IMG/VR virus record: IMGVR_UViG_3300048599_000048
Direction: 5' to 3' (one strand)
DNA: 39,760 nucleotides
From: a virus
A program made the position numbers and the translations under genes. How positions within the stretch are numbered: the stretch's first letter is position 1; each line of letters opens with the position of its first letter. The notes beneath the pieces were generated by a model that worked only from the letters and a program-made list of their open reading frames with translations, was not told the DNA's origin and made no database searches. This document shows, one piece after another, positions 14,602-21,831 of the stretch.

Positions 14602-14687
14602 GCATCGCAGCACGAATCAAAGAAGCGCGTGCCGCCGTCAAACGTCTGCGGAAATACATCATCGTCGTGCGGAGGGTGAAGCCGTGA
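14598..14687 (+). CDS. Basic micro-ORF (29 aa, GTG start)
   Basis: Hand translation (V)SIAARIKEARAAVKRLRKYIIVVRRVKP*; GTGA overlaps at both ends within repeated junctions. Confidence 0.25.
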   Translation: MSIAARIKEARAAVKRLRKYIIVVRRVKP

Positions 14688-15067
14688 GCGGACTTACCCA
14701 CAACGTAAGTGCACAAGCGGACGAACTGCTTGACCACATCTACGAGTACGGGACGAACTCAGAGGGCGTAATACCCCGCATCAATCAGCTGTGCGATGCG
14801 GCCGTTGAGCAACTGCGCGCCGAACTCGCCGCCAGCCGTGAGCGCGAGGCGCGGATGCAGTGGCAGCCGATTGAGACAGCGCCCACAGACGGCGCTCGCA
14901 TCTTGCTCTGTGGCAAGGGCGGCAAGATTGCGGATGGATATTACGGGCAGCCGGACGGGTTTGCGAACCCAAAGCAGTTCGTTTGGCCGTACATCCACGC
15001 CAATCCGACCCACTGGATGCCGCTGCAAGCCCCGCCCGCCGCACTCGCTGAAGGAGCGCAGGGGTGA
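14684..15067 (+). CDS. DUF551-like protein (127 aa)
   Basis: GTG start; C-terminal WQPIETAPTDGARILLCG.. matches the DUF551 W.PIE.AP.DG pattern. Confidence 0.6.
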   Translation: MSGLTHNVSAQADELLDHIYEYGTNSEGVIPRINQLCDAAVEQLRAELAASREREARMQWQPIETAPTDGARILLCGKGGKIADGYYGQPDGFANPKQFVWPYIHANPTHWMPLQAPPAALAEGAQG

Positions 15068-15282
15068 AGATAAACCTGATCGGCATGATCCTGAACAACG
15101 CGGGGCGCGCCTGTTTCGACGGAGCTCTGCTGGACGATAACGGGAAGCCGATGCCAGCCGCCGATTCGCTCCACACACTCATCATGGAGTACGCGAAGGT
15201 CATCAACGGCGGCACGTCGGATGTCGTCGCCGTGTCCCGCGAAGTGCTGGTCACTCGCCGAGGCGAAGGAGCGCAGGAATGA
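15064..15282 (+). CDS. Hypothetical protein (72 aa)
   Basis: ORF track; GTGA overlap upstream. Confidence 0.5.
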   Translation: MKINLIGMILNNAGRACFDGALLDDNGKPMPAADSLHTLIMEYAKVINGGTSDVVAVSREVLVTRRGEGAQE

Positions 15283-15286
15283 GTCC

Positions 15287-15502
15287 ATGCGCAAGCTGCA
15301 ACGCCAGCCACAAAAACACCTTGGACCGGATCATTCGGTGCGGGACGTGCGTCGTTCGAGTTGGGCAGATGCCGACAAAATGGAGGCAGAGATCATGACA
15401 CCGCGCGACCGACGTACAGACCCGATCTACAACCGCTGCATGATCTGCGGACAGTCCGGGCACTGCTCGGCGAGTTGTCCGAAGGGGCGGGGTAACGCTT
15501 AG
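15287..15502 (+). CDS. Small protein with C-terminal CCHC zinc knuckle (start uncertain)
   Basis: CMICGQSGHCSASC = C-x2-C-x4-H-x4-C at 15437-15478. Alternative: two ATGA-coupled micro-ORFs 15279-15398 (CxxC..CxxC) and 15395-15502. Confidence 0.4.
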   Translation: MRKLQRQPQKHLGPDHSVRDVRRSSWADADKMEAEIMTPRDRRTDPIYNRCMICGQSGHCSASCPKGRGNA

Positions 15503-15572
15503 CTGTGCGGCGGGCCTTCAGGCCCGTCCGAACGAGCGCCTGGTTAGGTGACGGCGGGAGAGGAAACGGAAA

Positions 15573-15965
15573 ATGAAATTGACCAAGGTAGAGCGCGAGC
15601 AAGTGCGGATGAAATTTGGCGGACGGTGCGCATACTGCGGGGAGCCGCTTGGCGACCGCTGGCACGCCGACCACTTCGAGCCTGTGGAGCGGATTATTAA
15701 GTACGTGAGCGGCAAAGGCGCGGTACAGACCGGCGAATGCTATCGCCCAGAGCGCCACCGACTCGACAACATGATGCCGGCCTGCCCGCCGTGCAACATT
15801 GACAAGCACAGCATGAGCCTCGAAGGCTGGCGCAGAAAACTACAGGACGCCACCAACGTTCTGACGCGGAACAACCCGACCTACCGGCACGCAAAGCGCT
15901 TTGGACTGCTGGCCGAGACAGGGGCGCGGGTCGTGTTCCATTTTGAGACACCTAACGCGGGATAG
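15573..15965 (+). CDS. HNH endonuclease
   Basis: CAYCGE..WHADHFEPV..N..PACPPCNIDKH: CxxC, H-N-H core, CxxCNxxK. Confidence 0.8.
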   Translation: MKLTKVEREQVRMKFGGRCAYCGEPLGDRWHADHFEPVERIIKYVSGKGAVQTGECYRPERHRLDNMMPACPPCNIDKHSMSLEGWRRKLQDATNVLTRNNPTYRHAKRFGLLAETGARVVFHFETPNAG

Positions 15966-16005
15966 CCGACACATCCGTCCGATAAGCACACACGAAGGAG
16001 CAAGC

Positions 16006-16161
16006 ATGAACAGGGAAGCGTTTGAGGCGTGGTGGGAAAAAGATGGGCAATTCTGTCGCGCTGGCGGCGGGGATTATGAAAAGACGTTCGCGTTCCGCGC
16101 ATATCACAAATGCGGCGAGTACATCGCAGGTGCCATCCGCGCGCTGAAGGAGGAAGTATGA
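16006..16161 (+). CDS. Hypothetical protein (51 aa)
   Basis: Internal ATG MNREAFEAWW.. preceded by AAGGAG. Confidence 0.45.
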   Translation: MNREAFEAWWEKDGQFCRAGGGDYEKTFAFRAYHKCGEYIAGAIRALKEEV

Positions 16162-16358
16162 AAATCACCGACGCCCTCTACCGGGAATGGGCATTGAAGA
16201 CGGCGCTCGGATTCGTGTGCTACTGGGTAGTAATGGCCGTGCCGGTCAGATGGTTCAGCCGCAGCGTGTTCCTGTGGCTGTACGGATGGGCCGACTTCTA
16301 CGCACACGACATGGGGCACGAATATTACGCGGAAGCCGTCGCGCCGAAGGAGACGTAA
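16158..16358 (+). CDS. Small membrane protein (66 aa)
   Basis: Internal ATG MKITDALYREWALKTALGFVCYWVVMAVPV..; ATGA overlap upstream. Confidence 0.5.
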   Translation: MKITDALYREWALKTALGFVCYWVVMAVPVRWFSRSVFLWLYGWADFYAHDMGHEYYAEAVAPKET

Positions 16359-16678
16359 TGCAAGACATCCACATCTCGTTCGGCGGCCCGAATCGAATCA
16401 TCGCCGTCGGATCCAAGAAATGGCATTTCGAGGATCACCCGCACTGCGGCCCTGTGGTTGTTGATAGGCTCGGAAACCCGGTCGAACAGCCTTATGGCGC
16501 CTCTCCGTTCTGGGAGGCGGTCAGCCTTTGGTATGCACAGGGAAAGCGGACGCAGGAAGTGTCTGACAGGACGTGGTGCATCTGGGATAAGCCGAAGCCA
16601 CTGCGGATGCGCCACCTTGGCGGGCGCCACTATCAGCTGATCAAGGACGATGACAGCGCGCTGAAGGAGAAGGAATGA
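16358..16678 (+). CDS. Hypothetical protein (106 aa)
   Basis: Internal ATG MQDIHISFGG.. in TAATG overlap. Confidence 0.55.
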   Translation: MQDIHISFGGPNRIIAVGSKKWHFEDHPHCGPVVVDRLGNPVEQPYGASPFWEAVSLWYAQGKRTQEVSDRTWCIWDKPKPLRMRHLGGRHYQLIKDDDSALKEKE

Positions 16679-16851
16679 ACGTCGAAATCAAGTGGCGAGA
16701 AAGCCCGACGCACAGCCAGCCGCAAGCAGGATCGGTGCAGGTCGAGGCTGACGGGCTGGACGGAATCTTGGAGGCGTTCCGCGCTGCACTCGTTGGCATG
16801 GGATACACATGCAGCTTTGCGGCTAAACTCGACTTCAGGGACGACGAATGA
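16675..16851 (+). CDS. Hypothetical protein (58 aa)
   Basis: Hand translation MNVEIKWRESPTHSQPQAGSVQVEADGLDGILEAFRAALVGMGYTCSFAAKLDFRDDE*; ATGA overlaps at both ends. Confidence 0.4.
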   Translation: MNVEIKWRESPTHSQPQAGSVQVEADGLDGILEAFRAALVGMGYTCSFAAKLDFRDDE

Positions 16852-17120
16852 AATACGGACGCGCTGACCTTATGGCGATAGCAGCCGTGCGTTACTGCCT
16901 CGGGCGAATGAGCTACATCGTAGGCGACTGCGCGGACTGGCTGATTGCCGAATGGGGCCAGATCGAAGAGGGTGCGCGGAAAACAATACAGCGCGACGTT
17001 GAAGAAGCCTTCGCGCGCGATGATGACGCCCGCGCTATGGGAAACGAATACAAGCCGCTTGGCATGGACTGCGACCGCGCAAGCTGGGAGCGCGTGCGGA
17101 AACTGTGGGGTACTGAATGA
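16848..17120 (+). CDS. Hypothetical conserved-looking phage protein (90 aa)
   Basis: ORF track; AAVRYCLGRMSYIV segment; ATGA-coupled. Confidence 0.6.
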   Translation: MKYGRADLMAIAAVRYCLGRMSYIVGDCADWLIAEWGQIEEGARKTIQRDVEEAFARDDDARAMGNEYKPLGMDCDRASWERVRKLWGTE

Positions 17121-17344
17121 ACATCGACACAATGGTGCGGGAGATCGTGCGGCAGGAACTCGCAACGCTGGCAATTGCCCCGCCGTCTAGTGACGGATGG
17201 ATGACGCGCGCAGAGGTGGCCCGGCTCTGGGACTGTTCTTGGGAGACGGCAGCGTCTAGGCTATCTCAACCGGGTGCGCCGCAGCCCGAGCGGATCGGCA
17301 AGCGGAAGATGTGGAGACGTGCGGAGGTGGAACGATGGAAGTGA
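17117..17344 (+). CDS. xis: Excisionase-like HTH protein
   Basis: 75 aa; WMTRAEVARLWDCS..KRKMWRRAEVERW resembles AlpA/MerR-type excisionases; adjacent to the integrase. Confidence 0.55.
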   Translation: MNIDTMVREIVRQELATLAIAPPSSDGWMTRAEVARLWDCSWETAASRLSQPGAPQPERIGKRKMWRRAEVERWK

Positions 17345-17380
17345 TTGGCAACGTTCGAGTTATTGGTTAGAGGAAGCGAA

Positions 17381-17596
17381 ATGAATGTTGGAGAACTGAA
17401 GAAGATGTTGGAGAAATACCCTGACGACATGGGTGTATTACACACATTCCACAGCGACTACCACATCTTAACCGAAGATGATTGGATGATAGTTAAAGCG
17501 GTTCCTAAGTCCTTTTACTGGATGCGATCACACCCGACCATGAGTGAAGAGAACAAAGAAAAGGAGCGGGAATATCTACTGCTGTTGGGAAACTGA
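17381..17596 (+). CDS. Hypothetical protein (71 aa), AT-rich moron between xis and int
   Basis: ATG preceded by AGAGGAAG; strongly AT-rich versus flanks. Confidence 0.5.
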   Translation: MNVGELKKMLEKYPDDMGVLHTFHSDYHILTEDDWMIVKAVPKSFYWMRSHPTMSEENKEKEREYLLLLGN

Positions 17597-17621
17597 CACC
17601 CAACGCAACATATCCTGCACA

Positions 17622-18581
17622 CTAAAGCTTCTCCGCTACCTCTTCTGCATCATCTTCGTAGTACGTCATCAACTCCCGGATGTCCCTGTGCCCGATCATT
17701 CTCGCCAGTTCAAGGACGTTCAGCTTCTTATTCTTAGACAGCCGCGTCACGGCTTCGTGCCGGCTGTCGTGGAAGTGCAAGTCGTCTATCCCTGCCCGGT
17801 TGCGTATCTTCCGCCACAGCGCATCAAGACTGGCAGCGGTGATGCCCTGCCACAGTTCGGGTGGCATCTGGTCAAGGATGGACAAGGCAGCAGCAGACAG
17901 CGGCACATCGCGCGCCGATCCGTTCTTCGTTTTGGGCAGGTGCGCAACCTTGCCCGCGATCCTGGATCGGTCCAACCCGCGTATTTCGCCCGCGCGCATC
18001 CCGGTTTCGATGGCGAACAGGAAGGCCGCGCAGACCATAGCTGTTTTGCTATCAAGCGGCCCGCGCCTGTAACCTGATGCGATGGACACTGCTTCTATCT
18101 CGTGCGGATAGACCCGGCGCTTTCGCCTCTCAGGATCGGGCGGCAGCTTGACACCCTTCATCGGATGCACAGACATCCAGTGCCACTCAGTCACAGCCCG
18201 AGTGCAAATGCTGCTGATCGTTCGGAATTCTCGAATCACGGATGCGGGGCTGACCGTCTGCAGCCGCCTGTCCCGGTAGTCCGCGAAGTGAGGCGGGCCG
18301 AGGTCTGGCAGCATCACGTCCGCTATCTTGTCGGACAGCAGCTTGCGGATACGCAGAAAGTCGGTGCGAGGAAGGTTCAGTTCATCAAGCGCACGCTGCA
18401 GCACTTCGCGGAACTCTGCCCGCTTTCCCGTGGGCAGTATCTGCCGGCGCTCGATCTTGGCCTCGTGCTCTGCCGCCCATGCTTTCGCGTCCTTCTGCGT
18501 TGCGAAGGTCTCAGACAGCCGGATGCCGCCTTTCTTGATCTGTGCGCGCCAGCCCTTAGCCGTCTTTTGTATGCTTGCCAT
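17622..18581 (-). CDS. int: Tyrosine integrase
   Basis: 319 aa; ..ETGMRAGEI.. (Arg I), HDSRHEAVTRL (H-x-x-R), GHRDIRELMTYY (catalytic Tyr). Confidence 0.9.
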   Translation of the reverse strand: MASIQKTAKGWRAQIKKGGIRLSETFATQKDAKAWAAEHEAKIERRQILPTGKRAEFREVLQRALDELNLPRTDFLRIRKLLSDKIADVMLPDLGPPHFADYRDRRLQTVSPASVIREFRTISSICTRAVTEWHWMSVHPMKGVKLPPDPERRKRRVYPHEIEAVSIASGYRRGPLDSKTAMVCAAFLFAIETGMRAGEIRGLDRSRIAGKVAHLPKTKNGSARDVPLSAAALSILDQMPPELWQGITAASLDALWRKIRNRAGIDDLHFHDSRHEAVTRLSKNKKLNVLELARMIGHRDIRELMTYYEDDAEEVAEKL

Positions 18582-18690
18582 GTGGGGCCGTCCGTGGGGC
18601 CGAAATGGGGCGCAGAGTACCGAATGCCGGTCGAAAACGTCAGTTCTTGACAGCCCCGGAAAAGGCTGAAACCCGCAAACTAGCGTCGTT

Positions 18691-18854
18691 CTATCGAAAA
18701 TCTATCGAATTTGTGGTGCCGGGAGGGGGACTCATGCATGGCTTGCATAATCCGTTTTGATGATGCGCGGGGCTTATTTGGGGCTTGCGCTCGGCAGATG
18801 GTGTGCTATTCTGGATGTGTAGGGCGGCGTGGATGGACACGCAGATTCTATCGG
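18691..18854. other. attP region: tRNA-3'-end-like core (18714-18733) flanked by CTATCG(A/G) arm repeats
   Basis: Minus strand of 18714-18733 reads GAGTCCCCCTCCCGGCACCA (T-loop end, T-stem, acceptor, ACCA). CTATCGAA at 18691 and 18702, CTATCGG at 18848. Confidence 0.5.
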
Positions 18855-19205
18855 CGCGGTTGCAGAGCGAACTTGACGGCCGCGTACCATCCGGAGAACT
18901 CTAATCGCTCTGAGTTCTTCAGCCGGTATCAAGCCCGGCCCCTACGCCAACAGGCAAGGCGATTGTGGCGAACTCTGCACTGACATGCAGAAGTATCCTG
19001 ACATCCGTGTCAGCGGAAACAGTCGCCTTCCCTGTGGGTAATGCGCAGTGGCGATGCGAATAGGGTAAACGAGCATTCGACCGGAACGCCGCTTTAGATT
19101 CTGGTGGGGCAAAATGGCGCAAACTGCGGCTAGAGAGCGCCAGCCCGAGCAAGTCCAGCAAAGCCGGGATCGCCTCCGGCCCCACTTCAATTCAGGGTCA
19201 GCACA

Positions 19206-19448
19206 ATGGACATTGAAGACTACAGACGCCGAACGGTAGAGGGCATGCGCGCGCTTTCGGCAGATGAAATGCGGGCCATTGCTCTAGCGCAAGAAGCTGG
19301 AATGCGGCCGGCAGACCCTAACCGCTATGGCAACGGGCTGCAAAACATGGCGCCGGCTTTGTTCTACCAACCCGAGAACTTGGTCGAAATCTACCAGCCG
19401 GAAAAGAAGCCCGGTCTGTTCGATAGGCTCAAAAACTGGCTAAGGTAA
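19206..19448 (+). CDS. Hypothetical protein (80 aa), isolated plus-strand ORF next to attP
   Basis: ORF track; weak SD; stop lies inside hairpin AAGGTAAAA-cc-TTTTACCTT (19442-19461). Confidence 0.4.
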   Translation: MDIEDYRRRTVEGMRALSADEMRAIALAQEAGMRPADPNRYGNGLQNMAPALFYQPENLVEIYQPEKKPGLFDRLKNWLR

Positions 19449-19575
19449 AACCTTTTACCTTACGATCAAATCCCGCAGAGTATGCACGAGGCGCAGCAAG
19501 TCTATGTACATGCGCCGCCACTCGTTGCGATCCTCCCGCAGCCGCATAACCTCGCTGGCTAGGAAGTCACAGCGC

Positions 19576-20535
19576 TCACACCGCGATTTCGTTTCCACGG
19601 AACTCAACAACGCCCGGCGCTACAACGTGGCACACGTCAGGCCACAGCAACCGCCCGCCTTTGTACGTCAGCACGGCGAACCCTGCGCGCCAGTCTGTAA
19701 TGCCGTCCTCCAGATACCCAACCGTCTGCTCGCTAGGAAGTTCTGTAAGCGTCCCGGTATCGACGCCGTACCGCGTGCCCCTCGCGTCAGTCATTGGCGT
19801 AACCCTGAGGCTGTGAAGGTGCCCAGTGACGAACGAAACGCCGCCGTTAAGCGTGTTGTTTCGCGTCGCGTGTATGCCGCCCTTCCAGCGGTGTTTGATG
19901 ATGGTGTGGCTGTCCTCGCCTGCATTCACGTCCAGCCGCATGCCGAACGTCCAGCGCGGGAAACGATCTTTGAACGAGAACCCGGACACGCCTTCGTATT
20001 CGGGCGCGTGCGACGCTAGAAACGTCTCGAACCGCTGGTCGTGGTTGCCCATCGTCCAGACGAGGTGACAGCCATTCCCTGCGGCTTTCTCTACCTCGTC
20101 AAGGCGCTCTGTAACGGCGCGCAGTTCTTCCAAGACAGAGGGCGTCTGCTGCCACATGATGCGGGGGTGCCTGCTGATCCTGGCGCCGTCGAATACGTCA
20201 CCGTTCGCAACGACCATGCACGGCTTTAGCTTCTTGATGAGGTGCAGCAGTGCACGGTGTGCGGTTGATACGATGCCGGGCCAGTAGTGCGCGTCAGAGA
20301 ACACGACGACCGTTCCATTCTCGACGGGGCGGGTAATGCGTGAGTGCCACTCGGTGGCTGCCGCGTCGCGCGCTCGCATCAGCTCCGCTGGCATCAGTCG
20401 CGCACGGTCAAACCTGTTCTGTAACGTCTGGCGTGGAAGCTTGAGTGCGAGTGCTGCGTTGGTTACATTGCCGTAGAGGGCGACGGCTTCTAGCGCCTCC
20501 CTCATCAGTTCTTTGGAGAGAGGCTGTCCGGCCAT
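19576..20535 (-). CDS. Metallophosphoesterase with N-terminal HTH
   Basis: All calcineurin-like motifs present: SDAH, GDVFDG, GNHD, GHLH. N-terminal NVTNAALALKLPRQTLQNRF HTH; ATGA-coupled to the upstream ORF. Confidence 0.75.
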   Translation of the reverse strand: MAGQPLSKELMREALEAVALYGNVTNAALALKLPRQTLQNRFDRARLMPAELMRARDAAATEWHSRITRPVENGTVVVFSDAHYWPGIVSTAHRALLHLIKKLKPCMVVANGDVFDGARISRHPRIMWQQTPSVLEELRAVTERLDEVEKAAGNGCHLVWTMGNHDQRFETFLASHAPEYEGVSGFSFKDRFPRWTFGMRLDVNAGEDSHTIIKHRWKGGIHATRNNTLNGGVSFVTGHLHSLRVTPMTDARGTRYGVDTGTLTELPSEQTVGYLEDGITDWRAGFAVLTYKGGRLLWPDVCHVVAPGVVEFRGNEIAV

Positions 20536-20744
20536 CAGTTCTTACCTCGGAAGTGGATACACGCCCATTCGTCCGCCTGCATGCTCGGGCGTATGAAGGT
20601 CAGGCACGCACGCCCGTCGTCGTCATCAGCGATGATTGCGTGTGCGGGCATGGCACAACATTCGCCGTCGTCGTCCTCAAGCAGGCGCCAGTGTTCGCAC
20701 TGCCCGCATGTGGGCTTGATTGATCCCAGATCGGGTTTCTTCAT
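20535..20744 (-). CDS. Acidic Cys-rich protein (69 aa)
   Basis: Internal ATG MKKPDLGSIKPTCGQCEHW..DDDGECC..; ATGA overlaps at both ends. Confidence 0.5.
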   Translation of the reverse strand: MKKPDLGSIKPTCGQCEHWRLLEDDDGECCAMPAHAIIADDDDGRACLTFIRPSMQADEWACIHFRGKN

Positions 20745-21151
20745 GCCTTGCCCCTGATCCGTTCGACCGTCCGCAGGCCACCCAAGCCAAGCATGCCGGT
20801 GAGCAGCACCATCAACGTGTCGGTGTCGATCTCGGGCATTGCCTGCACCTCTGCACCAGCCAGCGAAGCCAGCCACGGCAGCACAGGACGCAGCAAGAAG
20901 GTGTAAGCCAGCCCGGCAGCGCACACCCATCCGCACGCAGGGCGCCAGCCACCCCTGAATAGATCGGTGGAAGCCTCGGCCTTGTTGATGTCAGCCTGCG
21001 CGAGCATCAAGCGCAGGTCGGCATCCAGCGTTGCAAGCTCTCCTTTCTGCGCCAGTTCCAGCGCCTTCAGCTTGGCGTCAGCGGCGGCGGCAGGATCGGG
21101 AATCACCTTGTCCAGAATCCCCGGCAGCATTGAGATAAGCGCGCCCCACAT
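20741..21151 (-). CDS. Holin-like membrane protein (GTA 3-TM holin type)
   Basis: 136 aa: N-terminal amphipathic/coiled segment, then GGWRPACGWVCAAGLAYTFLL and LMVLLTGMLGLGGL TM segments; directly downstream of the endolysin. Confidence 0.55.
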   Translation of the reverse strand: MWGALISMLPGILDKVIPDPAAAADAKLKALELAQKGELATLDADLRLMLAQADINKAEASTDLFRGGWRPACGWVCAAGLAYTFLLRPVLPWLASLAGAEVQAMPEIDTDTLMVLLTGMLGLGGLRTVERIRGKA

Positions 21152-21152
21152 G

Positions 21153-21620
21153 TCACACCTCCATCAGGTTGCTGGCGATGCGCCGCGCCCAGCCGCGCGA
21201 GAAGTGCGGCCACGTCTTCAGGTCCGTCATGAACATCAGCCGCGCACCGTTGAACCGGGCCACAACCTGAGCGTCTGAGAGCGCGCGAACGGCCTTCAGA
21301 GTCTGCATGCCAAGCACGCCATCGTCCTCTGCCCCTACAGCCCGTTGCAGCGTCTTGACGGCCTGCCGCAGCCCGCTATTCACGGCCATGTCGAACAGAT
21401 CAAACCGCACGCCATCGGGAAGCGCATCCGGCTGCATCGGCTTCCAGTAGTCGCGCTTGTAGATGGCCTTGGCTTCGTCCAGCGTCAAAGCCTTGATGTC
21501 GACGTTCGGATAAACTCGCTGGCTGATCCCGTACTTCGTCACACCACCAGGATCATTCGGGTCTTCGGACAAGCCGCCCTCGTGACCGATGAGGCGTTCA
21601 AACGCTTGGTCAAAATTCAA
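21153..21620 (-). CDS. Endolysin (GH108-type N-terminus plus PG_binding_3-like C-terminus)
   Basis: MNFDQAFERLIGHEGGLSEDPNDPGGVTKYGIS.. is the GH108 signature; TTG start with GAAGGAGGG SD in TTGA overlap with the holin stop. Confidence 0.8.
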   Translation of the reverse strand: MNFDQAFERLIGHEGGLSEDPNDPGGVTKYGISQRVYPNVDIKALTLDEAKAIYKRDYWKPMQPDALPDGVRFDLFDMAVNSGLRQAVKTLQRAVGAEDDGVLGMQTLKAVRALSDAQVVARFNGARLMFMTDLKTWPHFSRGWARRIASNLMEV

Positions 21621-21829
21621 CGCTTACCCTCCTTCGCTAGCTTGAAGTGCTGCCACTTCCAGAACTGGTTTGCGATGAAAGAGAGGATTGCGACGATGCC
21701 GGAGATAATCGCGGCAATCGCGCCCCACTCGGATGCGGTAAGCCCGAAAATCACGCCCCCGGCCGCACTGGTGTATGCGGTCGTTTGCGTGACGTGGGCG
21801 AGTTTTTCGGCGTGGTCTGCGGGCGTCAT
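21617..21829 (-). CDS. Holin (class II, 2 TM)
   Basis: 70 aa; two TM helices and a charged C-terminus KWQHFKLAKEGKR; immediately upstream of the endolysin. Confidence 0.65.
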   Translation of the reverse strand: MTPADHAEKLAHVTQTTAYTSAAGGVIFGLTASEWGAIAAIISGIVAILSFIANQFWKWQHFKLAKEGKR

Positions 21830-21831
21830 GC

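Noticed and set aside
17544-18077. 177-aa plus-strand ORF
   Set aside because: Antisense to the integrase gene, whose catalytic motifs are unambiguous
18711-19190. ORFs of 82-90 aa on both strands in the att region
   Set aside because: Arg/Cys/Trp-rich translations, alternative start codons, no SD; they overlap the tRNA-like attP core
20745-20936. Upstream part of the 133-aa ORF, embedded out of frame in the holin-like gene, with a lipobox-like LLAASC (possible Rz1-type o-spanin)
   Set aside because: The h-region is very short, the mature part is Arg/His/Gly-rich rather than Pro-rich, and it would run on into the 69-aa ORF. The host gene has C-terminal TM helices, unlike an i-spanin. Kept only as a remote possibility
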